From: Tubiluchus corallicola
Taxonomy: Eukaryota; Animalia; Priapulida
Length of the DNA stretch: 64,000 bases
Assembly: GCA_030141605.1 (NCBI GenBank)
Contig: JAQGDQ010000117.1
Location: forward strand, 62,001 to 126,000
Direction of reading: 5' to 3'
The translations under genes and the position numbers were made by a program. This document shows, one piece after another, positions 53,426 to 64,000 of the stretch (position 1 is its first letter; the number at the start of each line of letters is the position of its first letter). Below the pieces are notes generated by a model that was not told where the DNA came from, made no database searches, and saw only the letters and a program-made list of their open reading frames with translations.

Positions 53426-56400
53426 ATCTAATAAATACATACATAATTCATATTCATTATTTTAAAGTAACCTATCGTAGCGGTACAAACTTTGAAATTG
53501 AAGTAGAACGTGCGTTCATGGTTCTTTTCAGTTATGCTGTTAGAAGACGCAGTACACATAACAGTGTTGCCCACTAATCTTCGTACAATCATACATAAGT
53601 TGGGTCAATTTTCAGAAAGTGTAGTTCTACATAAGCCTAAGCACACACCACACACTTTCATTGTGTGTACTGTGTCTTCGCCTATACTCACGGTATTTAG
53701 TTAATTATCAACAAATGATCGCCATTTAAGCGCACTCAAAGCCAATAAAGAGTTTATAAGGAACAATTTGTTCAAATCTTTGCAAGATGAAGAGACGCAC
53801 GTTTTCAATTATACTGGCTAGTCAAGTGTCAAATCGTGCCAGTTGCCATAGTTGCAGCTTCCCGGGTAGGTTATAGTTGACAAAGTATTAAGATTTAATG
53901 GAACCCAATGTACAAGGAGGGTTCAGGCAAAATTTTATTGTTGTGACAATATAGTTGTAACACATCGACATCGATTAATGTTATAAATTAATATAAGAAA
54001 CTTTTCCTTACTTAAAGATTTTATTAAAACATTATTTCTAGTTAGAAGCGAAAATTGTACATACGCATCGTAGAATTAGTTATTGACTAACAAGTAAGTG
54101 CACATAGCATCATCGGTAATGTTTTAATAAACAAATAAAACACTGGAAAAATAAATAAATAAATAAATAAATATTTGCTTCCATATTTAAATATAGCCGT
54201 AAATATTGTATGGCTTTGTTAACAGAAAATATATATAAATATACAATATTAGAAAAAGTCACTTCGGGAGACGCTATTAAAGCATTGCAACGAAATAGAA
54301 AACAAAAAAACGACTTGGTATTTTTCTCTTTTTATCCCGCAGATTTTTGTTTTAAGTAATCTGCTGATTGTTTATCCTCTAGATCTTATCCTGCTATAAC
54401 TTATCACAAAGACATCATTGGAAAGACTTATCACAGTTCTAGTGCAAACCTTGAGTTCGTTGATATATTCGTTTTTGTATTTCGTTTATTTGTTTGTTTT
54501 TTTTGTGTTTACTTGTTCGTTAATTTGCTCGTTCATTCTTTATTCATCGCGATAAAGTTTATTAATCAGCAACCAGATGCTAGCATCTGTATAATATGGT
54601 TAAACTGACGCAAAACAATATATTGTGAAAACTGTGGCAGCAGCAATAGTATAATAAAAAACTGTTTTGTCTTTGGTTTTTGTTATGCACACTTTTCATG
54701 GCCTGTTGTTGTAATACTTTTCCACAATTTATCAGAATATTGCACACATGTTCACTTAATTGTTATTCATTGCCTAATTATTTTTGCGACGTGTGTGTAC
54801 ACGGACAATTTTAGGGCCCATATTAGCTTTTCCTTGCACTAGTCTACGAGCATTGATCGTCAAAACACGGCAGGCAAACATCGGGCCGTTTTAGTTACCG
54901 TTACGGCACAAATGTGCCACTTTAACATCGCATATACATTCTGCAAACATCAACTAATAAAGAGCTAATTACCAAATGAGCAGCAGTAATTTATTATTGC
55001 ATAAAGGGGAAACGGCGCTAATGCATTTCTCATAGAAACTGATATTTTTGCACAGCGCTAAGTCAACAACTGGTTAAAGGCGGCTAACGGTTGTTCAAGA
55101 TAATCAAAGAATAACAATTTCTATATTGAATCCGTGCTCGACAATGAGGCAGACACGGTTTGCAGTAATTTAAGCATTGTGCAATCGCGTCATCTCGGTT
55201 ATTACAGACCGGCTATTCGTCAGAAATGCGTTACATTTAAAGCAAATTTTCACTCTAAACGTTTTGAGAGCGGCACTTTAACAAGACAAATAACGAAAGG
55301 CGGTTTGCCAAACAGCAGTAAAATCGCCTTTGAGCTAGTTCAAATGAAAAATGTGTTAAATTCCGCCATCACTCAATATTACACCTGTTGTAATTTACTG
55401 ATTCGCACGTTTTTTGAAACCATGTTTTGTCAGCAATTAAAATAATTCGTCACGTATGTAACACATTTACAATCCCTAAAATACTGGATAGTACATGTAA
55501 GACCTATAATATTTTAAATTGTCAATATGCAGGATTAGCAAGTGTTTAATTATAATAGGTACGCCTTTTGTCGTAAGTATGTGTGTATGTGATACAAATG
55601 TGTGCACATTTCCATAATACGATTTTTATATTTATTTTATCTAGTGTTTACTACAATGACAATAACCTGCTCTCTCTCTCTCTACACACACATGTATGTA
55701 TATATAAAATTTCCTTTATAGCTGATTTATATATATATATGAATCAGCTAAAAAGGAAATTTTTAGTTCAGCGTCACTAATCCATAAATTACATGTACTT
55801 CTGAAAGTTTGAACTATATGTCGATACAGGTACACATTGGCTAACGCTCGCACGTCTGCTTTCAAGAATCTCAACGCTGTCTGCCCAGTACTCACTACTT
55901 AGTTGCTCTCTATTAAACCCAATTAAGATGAAGCATCTTCACTTTCCTTTCACTTTGCGGCACTTTCACATTTTGTTTAGGGCAATCACGACAAACATAG
56001 CTGCTTTTGGTTACCATGCCCATGTCCACCTGTGACAACAAACTATTGTGATGTTTCTATTCATCCAATGAAGTTTGAACAGCGCACCTTGCAAAAAAGC
56101 GTGTATTCTGCCCAACCTTGATTTTCAGGGGTGACCTAGGTACTGTATTGATTGCTGCATGTGGTGCAGAATCATTGACGTTTAAGATACATTAGATGAC
56201 ATGATATATAACAGAGCATTAACGATTGCTATGGCACGAAAATCAAAATAATTATATTTCCGGATTGCAGTTATTGCTAATATTGGCAACGTTTATTAAT
56301 CAGTATTTAAATGCAAATATAGTATTCTTCTTTCGTTCATTTAGCTTCAGTTTTTTTTCTTTCGGCGTAACTATTTTCATTAGTTTGTTTATTAAAAAAG

Positions 56401-59149
56401 ATAATCTCTCAATACTTTTGCTTTTGTGGCCCCACATGCTTAATGCATAGAGTACTATTTATTATACTCGCATTATTCAGTATTAAAATTTCTTTCAAAT
56501 TAATAATCCGTGCCTAAATAGTTTGTGGAAATAATAAAAAGTCAGTAATAATAATAAAAAAAATAATAAAATAAATAATAATAATATAAATAATAACTGT
56601 CAATAAGTCAGTTAGTCGGAATAACAGCATGATTTCGAAGCTCCTTTTGGTGAATTTTTATTTATAAATAAATTTAACAGAAATAATTGGCTATTGATTA
56701 CTTGCACTTTTGATATCCTTGGAGAACGCAAAAATTCGTTATTTTTATGTCGGTGGTTTTGCTTTCATGGAAGTTTCATTTTTATTATTGCGAATTTTAA
56801 ATCCATTTTGAATTGATTCATTTTTTGATGTCGGTTTTTCTAGTGTTGTTTTGCATCATTTTCATGCAATCGAGCATTTATAATCAGCAGTTGCAATAAG
56901 TCTTCTTATTTTGAAAAATTATAACTAATTAGAGGAAATTGTTTCGTTTTTGCTAGTTTTTAGCGGTTAGTTCATACTGTATGGGCTCAAACTTTCTGTA
57001 CGTCGAAGCACGTAAGAAAATCACAATAAGATATTTATAAATTCATTTATTAGGAAGATGCAGAAAATAACACTAACAGTTCTTTAAGCAAAGTGACAAG
57101 AACGACAAAACCTGAATGAAAGGGAATGAATAATAAAAGGCAATGAATAATAAAAATTACGCAAAGAGAAAGTAGCAAGTTGGGTTTTTATGAAAAAGAA
57201 ATGGCCAAAAATATGAAGATGTAGGCTTAGTTTAGAAAAAGTAAGTGAAACAACAGGAAAAAAGGTGGATCGTGACTAAACCAACTTATTTGAAAAAAAT
57301 TCTGCAACTTTTGATGTATTGCGTTCGATAAGTGGTCAAATGGCAGATTCAGTCAAACATCTGTATAATTGAGAAACATTAATTAATGAGTGTGTATACT
57401 TACTCATCAAGTAAGAAAAGTGATTAGCAAAATTCTTAAATTGAGAAAATTAACATTAAGATTTTTATCAGCACCCGAAGGGAATTTTGTTGTTTTAATT
57501 ACAGCGAAAGGAAAAATAAAAACCATCATAACAACTCGGGACAGTTATATACAATTAAAGGAAAACTGGACACATCTTAAACTGTAGGTCAAAACAATCT
57601 AATCTTTAACGAACATACTATTTCTTAAGACATGACTTACGTGAAAGAATTATTAAGGAAAATAATTTCGTGTTCCCGCGACTAGCTCTTCGCTGTTATA
57701 TGCATTTTGCCATTCGTTAGACAGATAAGCGCCTGCATTTCGGAAACGCACTGCATGAAAAACAAGTACTGTACCTCTCAATTCAGACGTGTTCGTTTGT
57801 GACGTAATACACACGTTCGACAGCTCATTTGTGAACACAGTGGTAAATATAAAATTCCAATTTTTATCTCAAAATTTGCCGAGTTTTTATGTATCAATCT
57901 GAATGTTGTACATTGTACTTCAATTTTTGCTTTCGCAAACACATTCAACACGCTCACGGAATTCTTGTGCTGTAGAAAATTATGTTCGCTTGTGACGTCA
58001 TCACTAGCTGGGCTCGCCCGCCGTCAATTAAGTTTTCAACCTATTATTTAATTATTAGAAATGCTTGGGCTTTAATATATTTGTTAAAATGTATACTTTT
58101 TCCCGTACTTCAAAATGGGGTAGGATATGAAAAATCGCCCTGTTTTGCTTTAAGATACAAGATACAGATGTTATAAACAAGTAAACTCAACATAACGAAT
58201 GAGGTTACTGACTAAAATAAGCTGATTTATTGATTGTATATGAATACACTGTTAGAAACTAAAAGTGTTTCTATAACTGTTAACCCTGCTAGAAAGGAAA
58301 AGTGAAACAGGAATTTTTTTAGAAACCTTGCCACTATATTTAAAGGAAGAACCAACCCTCGAACAACATTCATTGCATTTTAATATATAATTAAAAATAT
58401 TGAAATCACCACACAAGATATCGGCATACAATGCTGTGCTTAAAAATGTAAAAGAAATTTAAATATTTTTTATCTCCCGCCAAACGAACGTCGCTGCCGG
58501 CATATTTGAAAAAAAAAATGACGCAAGCTGGTGACTGCTGGTCAGCATTAATGCTGTAAAGGCAAGCTGTGATGAAGATACACCTTGAGAAAATTCTACA
58601 GTTCACTCAGAAGTTCAGTTATTCTAGCGTTGTATTTTACAGTGTTTATGTAAAAAATAGTCATTTGATCAATTGTGACCAAGATTAAAGTGATTATATA
58701 GGTTTAGCCCACGGGATCATATCGTAAAATGTGTAAGTAGTATACATTAATTGCGTAAACGTAATTAATTTACAGCCTTTTGTTGACTTTCAGATACACA
58801 CGTAAACTTGCGAGCATACAGTAGGTACCGGGTGGGTTACTTAGTTTATAGAGTTCGCTCTATAAGTCAAAAAAAGATTGGCTGGACTTTGGCAGAATAA
58901 CTGTTTATATTGCACGGTAACCTGATGACGTTATTTTTCACCAAAATGAGCGCGCCTAGGCGTGAAGTGATCGCTATTTTAAATTGAAATTATTAATTAC
59001 ACAAGGTGCTTATCACAATTTCATCACTAGAACTTTCTAACATTTTTCTCAAATATTAGAATAAGCTCAACTTTCCGAGAGGCTTGGATTTTGCTTTAAA
59101 GTCTGGTAGCTATTTTCAGATGAATTGGCTTCGGAATAATATTCACAGG

Positions 59150-59700
59150 ATTCACCCCGAGGCTTAAAGCCTTTAATTGGTGGTTGCCGGTTGGACTAGG
59201 AATGTAGCGTGGACTAGTCGGTTTGTCATTGGACCAGTCGTGGTGCTAAGAAAATAAATTGAGCACAACTGCTGAAATGCTGCTGAGCGTTGTTATTGGA
59301 AGGTGTTGGGTCTTGCTTGGCCTGATTGACATCGAAAAGAAGATTAAATTTCTGGTTTTAAGGGTATTTTACTGAATACTGAAGGTAGTATTGATGAGTA
59401 ACTAGCACAGCAAAGATCAGTTCCTAGTGGATCTACTGTTTGCACGCAGGTACTTAATCTTGAGGGATCTTTTCGTAGGTGCAATTTAGAATTCGAGCAC
59501 TACTTGAGACATTCGCGCTTGCTGTACATCCCGGTGTGCCTCGTACCTCGTCTGTGATTCCAGTAGATCCACATCATCAGCGGATGAGCAAACTCTTAGC
59601 TTGCGAGATCGTGTTTCACTATATTTTAGACATTGGCTCAGAAGTGGTGCTGACAAGTCACTGGCATAGCGTCTACGGTCTAGTTTTTTACTGAATAATT
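59150..59700 (-). mobile_element. Decayed reverse-transcriptase fragment of a non-LTR retrotransposon (L1/Tx1-like?)
   Basis: The minus strand gives KLRVCSSADDVDLL (degenerate YADD) and downstream KIKYLRA (degenerate KYLG), with stops and frameshifts. The patch is relatively GC-rich. Confidence 0.45.
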
Positions 59701-60029
59701 GCTGTTCACGTGTCTTGAGGGCAGTTTTATTTTATTTTTGTTTTGCCTGCCAAATGTCTACAATAGACGTAATGGACATATGGTGATGATGACGATGAGG
59801 CAGTACTTTCATGTTTCTTCTTTCTGGTTTGATGACTTCACTTTTAATTCAATGCTTCACCGATTTGTCTGCCCTTCATCATACGTATTTCAACACGTTT
59901 AGCCACACTTTGCAGTATATGTACTCTTATATTGTTGCTACATATATCATCTGCCAACAGTATTCTCTCATCAGGTATTTCTCGCTTGTTTTCCTCACAA
60001 AAAAATAGATGTTCAGTTGTGTCTATTTC

Positions 60030-60776
60030 GGCGCTATTACACTTTCGCACCACCTAGTTTTTCCTGGCCTATTGGTTGTTTTCACGCCTGCAGGCCAGAA
60101 AGCAGACCAATAGGCGTAATATACACCATATTCCCATAATATTATTGGTTTTTAGGCTTTATAATTCCAGATTAAAATCAGATTAAAATCATACATTACT
60201 TACCGACGCCATTACGCAAAAAGCTCCACGTGAATAACCGTGTTTACACCACTAATGCGCAATCACTCTCGCGCAATGACGATTGGCCCTTAACATGTAT
60301 TTTTAGTTTCTTCGCATAATTTATGATTATTAGGGTTGCAGCCACGGGACCCAAGCTGGCATATACGAGGAAATTATTTTAGACGACTACAGTTATTTAT
60401 CATTAATTTTATTTATTACTGTAGTATTATTACTATTAGATTATAAAAAAAGTAAAGGTTTTTTCTTTATTTCGTAAATGCAGTGAAGATGAAAGTGTGT
60501 CACGCGCTTTTAAGCTAGGCCCTGATAATGCATAAACTAGTACGAAATTCGTCACGTGACTACACACACAAACAAGATGGCGATACGAACTGTATAGGTG
60601 TAGAACTGTGAATACAGCGTAATTATTGGTAATTATACCTAAATATATGATTAAATTACAATTAGATTAGCGGAAACATTCACTGATGACGTAAGAACAA
60701 TAGAATAATGACGTACGAGCCTAGAAACGAGTAATAACCTACAAAAAACTAGGCGGTGCGAAAGTGTAATAGCGCC
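60030..60776. mobile_element. 747-bp non-autonomous DNA transposon with an 8-bp TSD (Merlin-like MITE)
   Basis: The TIRs GGCGCTATTACACTTTCGCACCACCTAGTTTT and AAAACTAGGCGGTGCGAAAGTGTAATAGCGCC match at 31/32 positions. A perfect TSD TCTATTTC lies at 60022-60029 and 60777-60784. A GG start with an 8-bp TSD fits Merlin, although MULE is possible. There is no transposase ORF. Confidence 0.9.
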
Positions 60777-61048
60777 TCTATTTCTCATTTGCACACGGAC
60801 ATCAGATATTTATCTTTGTTATTTATTCTTATAATTACATCTGTCTTCTATCTTGTTCAGTCTTATATGTAGTGGATCTGACTACCTTGCTGAATATAGG
60901 TTTTACATTCTGTATCCTGCAAAAATCTTAGTTTTGTACTATCCGTTACTTTGAGCTGACATTCTGAGTTTGTATATTTTCTAATACTAACTTTAACACT
61001 TCTTTCCATTCTGATCTTTTTCTTAGTTGTTACATTTTCTATTGTTAT

Positions 61049-61177
61049 AACTTGAACTTATCGAACTTATTTGTTTCACAGTGAATATATATACATACAT
61101 ACATTTAGTCACAAACATTATGTCACATTATAAACGATACTAGTCACTGTGAGGAGGAAGAATGAGCATTATGCTGT
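61049..61177 (-). mobile_element. Short 3' tip of the same LINE family as 29410-30170
   Basis: TTTCACAGTGAATA...CATTTA..CACAAACA...TCACATTATAA..GATAC.AG.CACTGTGAGGAG...GAGCATTATGCT aligns to 29640-29739. A short AACTTG-like tail is at the left. Confidence 0.8.
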
Positions 61178-61740
61178 AAAGTCTTATATCTACGTCATAC
61201 TTTCTGGCTATCAATTGTAAATCATTAACCCTCATGGCCGTTTCACACCATTTCATAATTGGTGTGTGTATGACTTTATGTGTTAACTGATTCTCATCAG
61301 GGATGATAAGGTTTCGATGAAACATCACGTTCATATAACTTAATTTCTATTATTAAACCGCAATAAGAGGTTGTGCTTATTTAAAAACATATCTCTTACT
61401 GTTTCTCCTCACATTTGCTCAAGCTTTACATCACTTGGAGTCATATTTCCTTATGTTTCACATGAACTAAGTATTGTTGGCAAAGCAACTGTTTCGTATA
61501 ATTTTAATTTTACTGCTCCTGAATAAATACCCACATTTCTTTCTTTAATTAAATTGTTTATATATATAATATTTCAAATTTATTTTACTTGCATAACAAA
61601 AGAGAGTCGTGCAGGACATTGAGCTTTCTAATATTTGAGAAATCATTAGAGACTTTCAGCAACAAAATTGTGATAATCTGCTCATGTAATTAGTAAAATC
61701 AATTTAAAGTCACTATCACTTCATGTTTGAAGGCACCACT

Positions 61741-61773
61741 CCTTTTGAATGAAAAATGGTGTCATCTGGCTAC
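61741..61773. repeat. Dispersed repeat fragment, second copy at about 63965-63997
   Basis: CCTTTTGAATGAAAAATGGTGTCATCTGGCTAC vs CATTTTGAACGAAACATGGTGTCATCCGGTTAC. Confidence 0.7.
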
Positions 61774-62099
61774 CGGCAATATAGACACTTATCCCACCAG
61801 GTGAATAAGCAAACTTTTTTGAAACTATACTCACAGCATTGCTGAATTCCATGCTTATCTGTAATTATATCGTGTGTAGTACTTACGCGTTTTGAGGTAT
61901 ACACAATCATGTGGATTAAAGCTGTGTAAGCATTTTAAAGGTGCTGCTAATAAACCGCATGACTAACTTTGTAGTCAAACACAAATCAGCTAGAGCAGCA
62001 GAATTTTTAAGTGAAGTTTAGCGAACTGCAGAAGTTTTGTTACACATGCCTCCATTCTGTCAACCAGCTTACTTAATTTTTTTTAAATATGCCCATAGC

Positions 62100-62472
62100 A
62101 AGGGCTGGATTGTCCTATAGGCTAATTATAGGCTGCAGCCTAGAGCCTCTCAAGCTTGGGGGTTGTCAAGCTTTGATGACATTTGATAAAAAATCCTCTT
62201 TTTCACTATGGCTGTACTGAAATATGTGTTAATTTGCTTTTCAGTAAATTGTAAAATAGTGGTATCTCTTAAAGAACATTTTATTGACAAACAAAAGATA
62301 GCTATTCTAGTTTATTTAAGTAATTTACAACAAGTTTACTTCAAATTATGTAAATCTTGTTAAAATATATCGCAAATATTCGGAATAAGACCAGCCATTG
62401 GAGCGCCATCTGAGGGGAACATACCATAAATTTTATTAGCCTAAGGTTCCAAAAGGTCATAATCCAGCCATG
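62100..62472. mobile_element. Old hAT-like MITE
   Basis: The ends AAGGGCTGGATT ... AATCCAGCCATG resemble CAGGGCCGGATT-type hAT TIRs. The putative TSD is degenerate (CCCATAGC vs TCTGCAGC). Confidence 0.45.
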
Positions 62473-62988
62473 TCTGCAGCAATGTTCGTTTGGTGGAAGA
62501 TACAAATCATTTAAATTTCTTTTGCATTTTTAACCAAGGCGTTTTATGCAGTATATTATGTAGCAATTTCAGTATTTTTTAAGTGTATATTAAAATACAA
62601 TAGATGTTGTTCAAGGTTTGGTTTTCTTTTCACTTAAATTTGTGATCAGAAGTTCTTATCCCCCACATTGATATAACCTTACATTTTGTTCAAATTTTTC
62701 AGTAATTCTGTACTTTATTACTTTTTCAAGTACTTTACTAATTATATTAATAATAAAAATTTCTCTTCTATTTCTAATTCCAGTTTGTTACCTTTTCCTT
62801 TATATATTGCCTTGATTTTCATGGTCTTACTCATTTACCAACTTAGCTAATTATGAAATCATCTCCTGCTGCTTCTATCATTTCCTTTTTCCATCTTTGC
62901 CTGTCTTGTGATTTTCCATTTTTAGTTGCTTAGTAGCTAAGCACTATTACTTCCTTTTTAGTTGATGTACTTGCTTTACATTTGCTAG

Positions 62989-63080
62989 TGTTTCTATACT
63001 TCTATATGCAAGACTTTATTTCTTCCACTTAAATGTTTCTATACTTCTATATGCAAGACTTTATTTCTTTCACTTAAATG
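62989..63080. repeat. 45-bp tandem duplication
   Basis: TGTTTCTATACTTCTATATGCAAGACTTTATTTCTT(C/T)CACTTAAA occurs twice with one mismatch. Confidence 0.95.
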
Positions 63081-64000
63081 CTCTTGATTCTAGATTCTAA
63101 ATAGTTCTAAATAATAATTTGCGTATTCATACTTAACTTTTTTAACATCTTCAAGTCTTTTTCCTTCGATCTAATATTGCACTAGCTACTTCTGATTTCA
63201 CAGAGTCTATCCTTTTCTTGGATTCCGAAAAGGCACCATGATCTAGTTTATTTCCTTGTCATCTTTTTAACTGCATTGTTGATTTTTGCTCTTCTGGCTT
63301 CCCACTGTTGGGTTATAATTTCTTCATCAATGAACTCAATTCTTAATCTTTTTATTTTGTTTTTAGTCACATTTTATTGTTGTTCAGCTTTTTGAAAATT
63401 AAATACTGCCATATGGCTTTAATTCATTTGTATTACTGTTGTTAATTCTGCTACTGTTGTCAATATAGTGGTGTAAAAATGATATTGCCAGTTTCAATAA
63501 CGATGATACTGATTTGGTGATTGGGTTGCCTTCTCGTCACGAACCGAAATCAAGAGTTAAGAACCAGAGGGGGTCTGGGATTGAGCCCAAAAAGTCAACA
63601 CTTTCTTGTATTTAGATGTTTTTCAGAAACAAAAGTTAAGAAATTTAAACCATAAAGTAGTCCCGGTCCCACTACATTTCTTATGTTATGTTTTTTTAGA
63701 TTTCTGGAGATAGATGGTTTATGTTAAGTGAATTAAAGCTAAAGCGGAAGAATATTTGCATTGCAGCACTTGCCAGTTGCCACTGCAGCAAAAGTTGGCA
63801 AAAAACGTAGATAGCATTAAACGATGAAGCTAAGTAACTATTTAAACTTAATTTAATAAGTTTACTATTTTACTTAACAAGTATTCCACTGCTTTTAGCT
63901 TAGCTTTATGCAACGGTTCAAGAGGTTCTATTAAAGTCACGATCGCTTCACTCTTGGGTGCTCTCATTTTGAACGAAACATGGTGTCATCCGGTTACTGT

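Larger units (their letters stand above)
59780..63480 (-). mobile_element. Decayed LINE (clade uncertain, RTE/RTE-X-like) interrupted by later insertions
   Basis: Motifs in colinear order on the minus strand: EMIEAAGDD / IKAIYKGKG / NNIISKVLEK (about 62880-62720), KLKLYETVALPTILSSCET* (about 61520-61445), MFHRNLIIPDEN, IRLNKIEDRCNYKNK, the zinc-knuckle remnant VCK*EIDTTEHLFFC, and a (CAT)n tail near 59780-59800. Confidence 0.75.

Overview
AT-rich genomic DNA from an intron-containing eukaryote, most likely an invertebrate bilaterian; it is not prokaryotic, so most six-frame ORFs are spurious. I reconstructed three spliced genes by hand from GT-AG boundaries with consistent phases. CHAF1B/CAF-1 p60 lies on the minus strand with 11 coding exons, and its 3' end is unresolved near the window start. 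SUFU lies on the plus strand with 12 exons (460 aa), head-to-head with CHAF1B across a tiny shared promoter. An Emx/empty-spiracles homeobox gene lies on the minus strand with 3 exons (263 aa), inside a gene-poor region. The rest holds microsatellites and minisatellites, tRNA- and 5S-derived SINE-like pieces, several decayed LINEs and non-autonomous DNA transposons. One LINE carries a nested, well-preserved MITE with an 8-bp TSD. I found no clear novel biological system. The best leads are the compact CHAF1B/SUFU bidirectional promoter, a possible divergent non-coding transcript upstream of Emx, motif-dense candidate enhancers, a SUFU linker lacking PKA sites, and the nested transposon stack.
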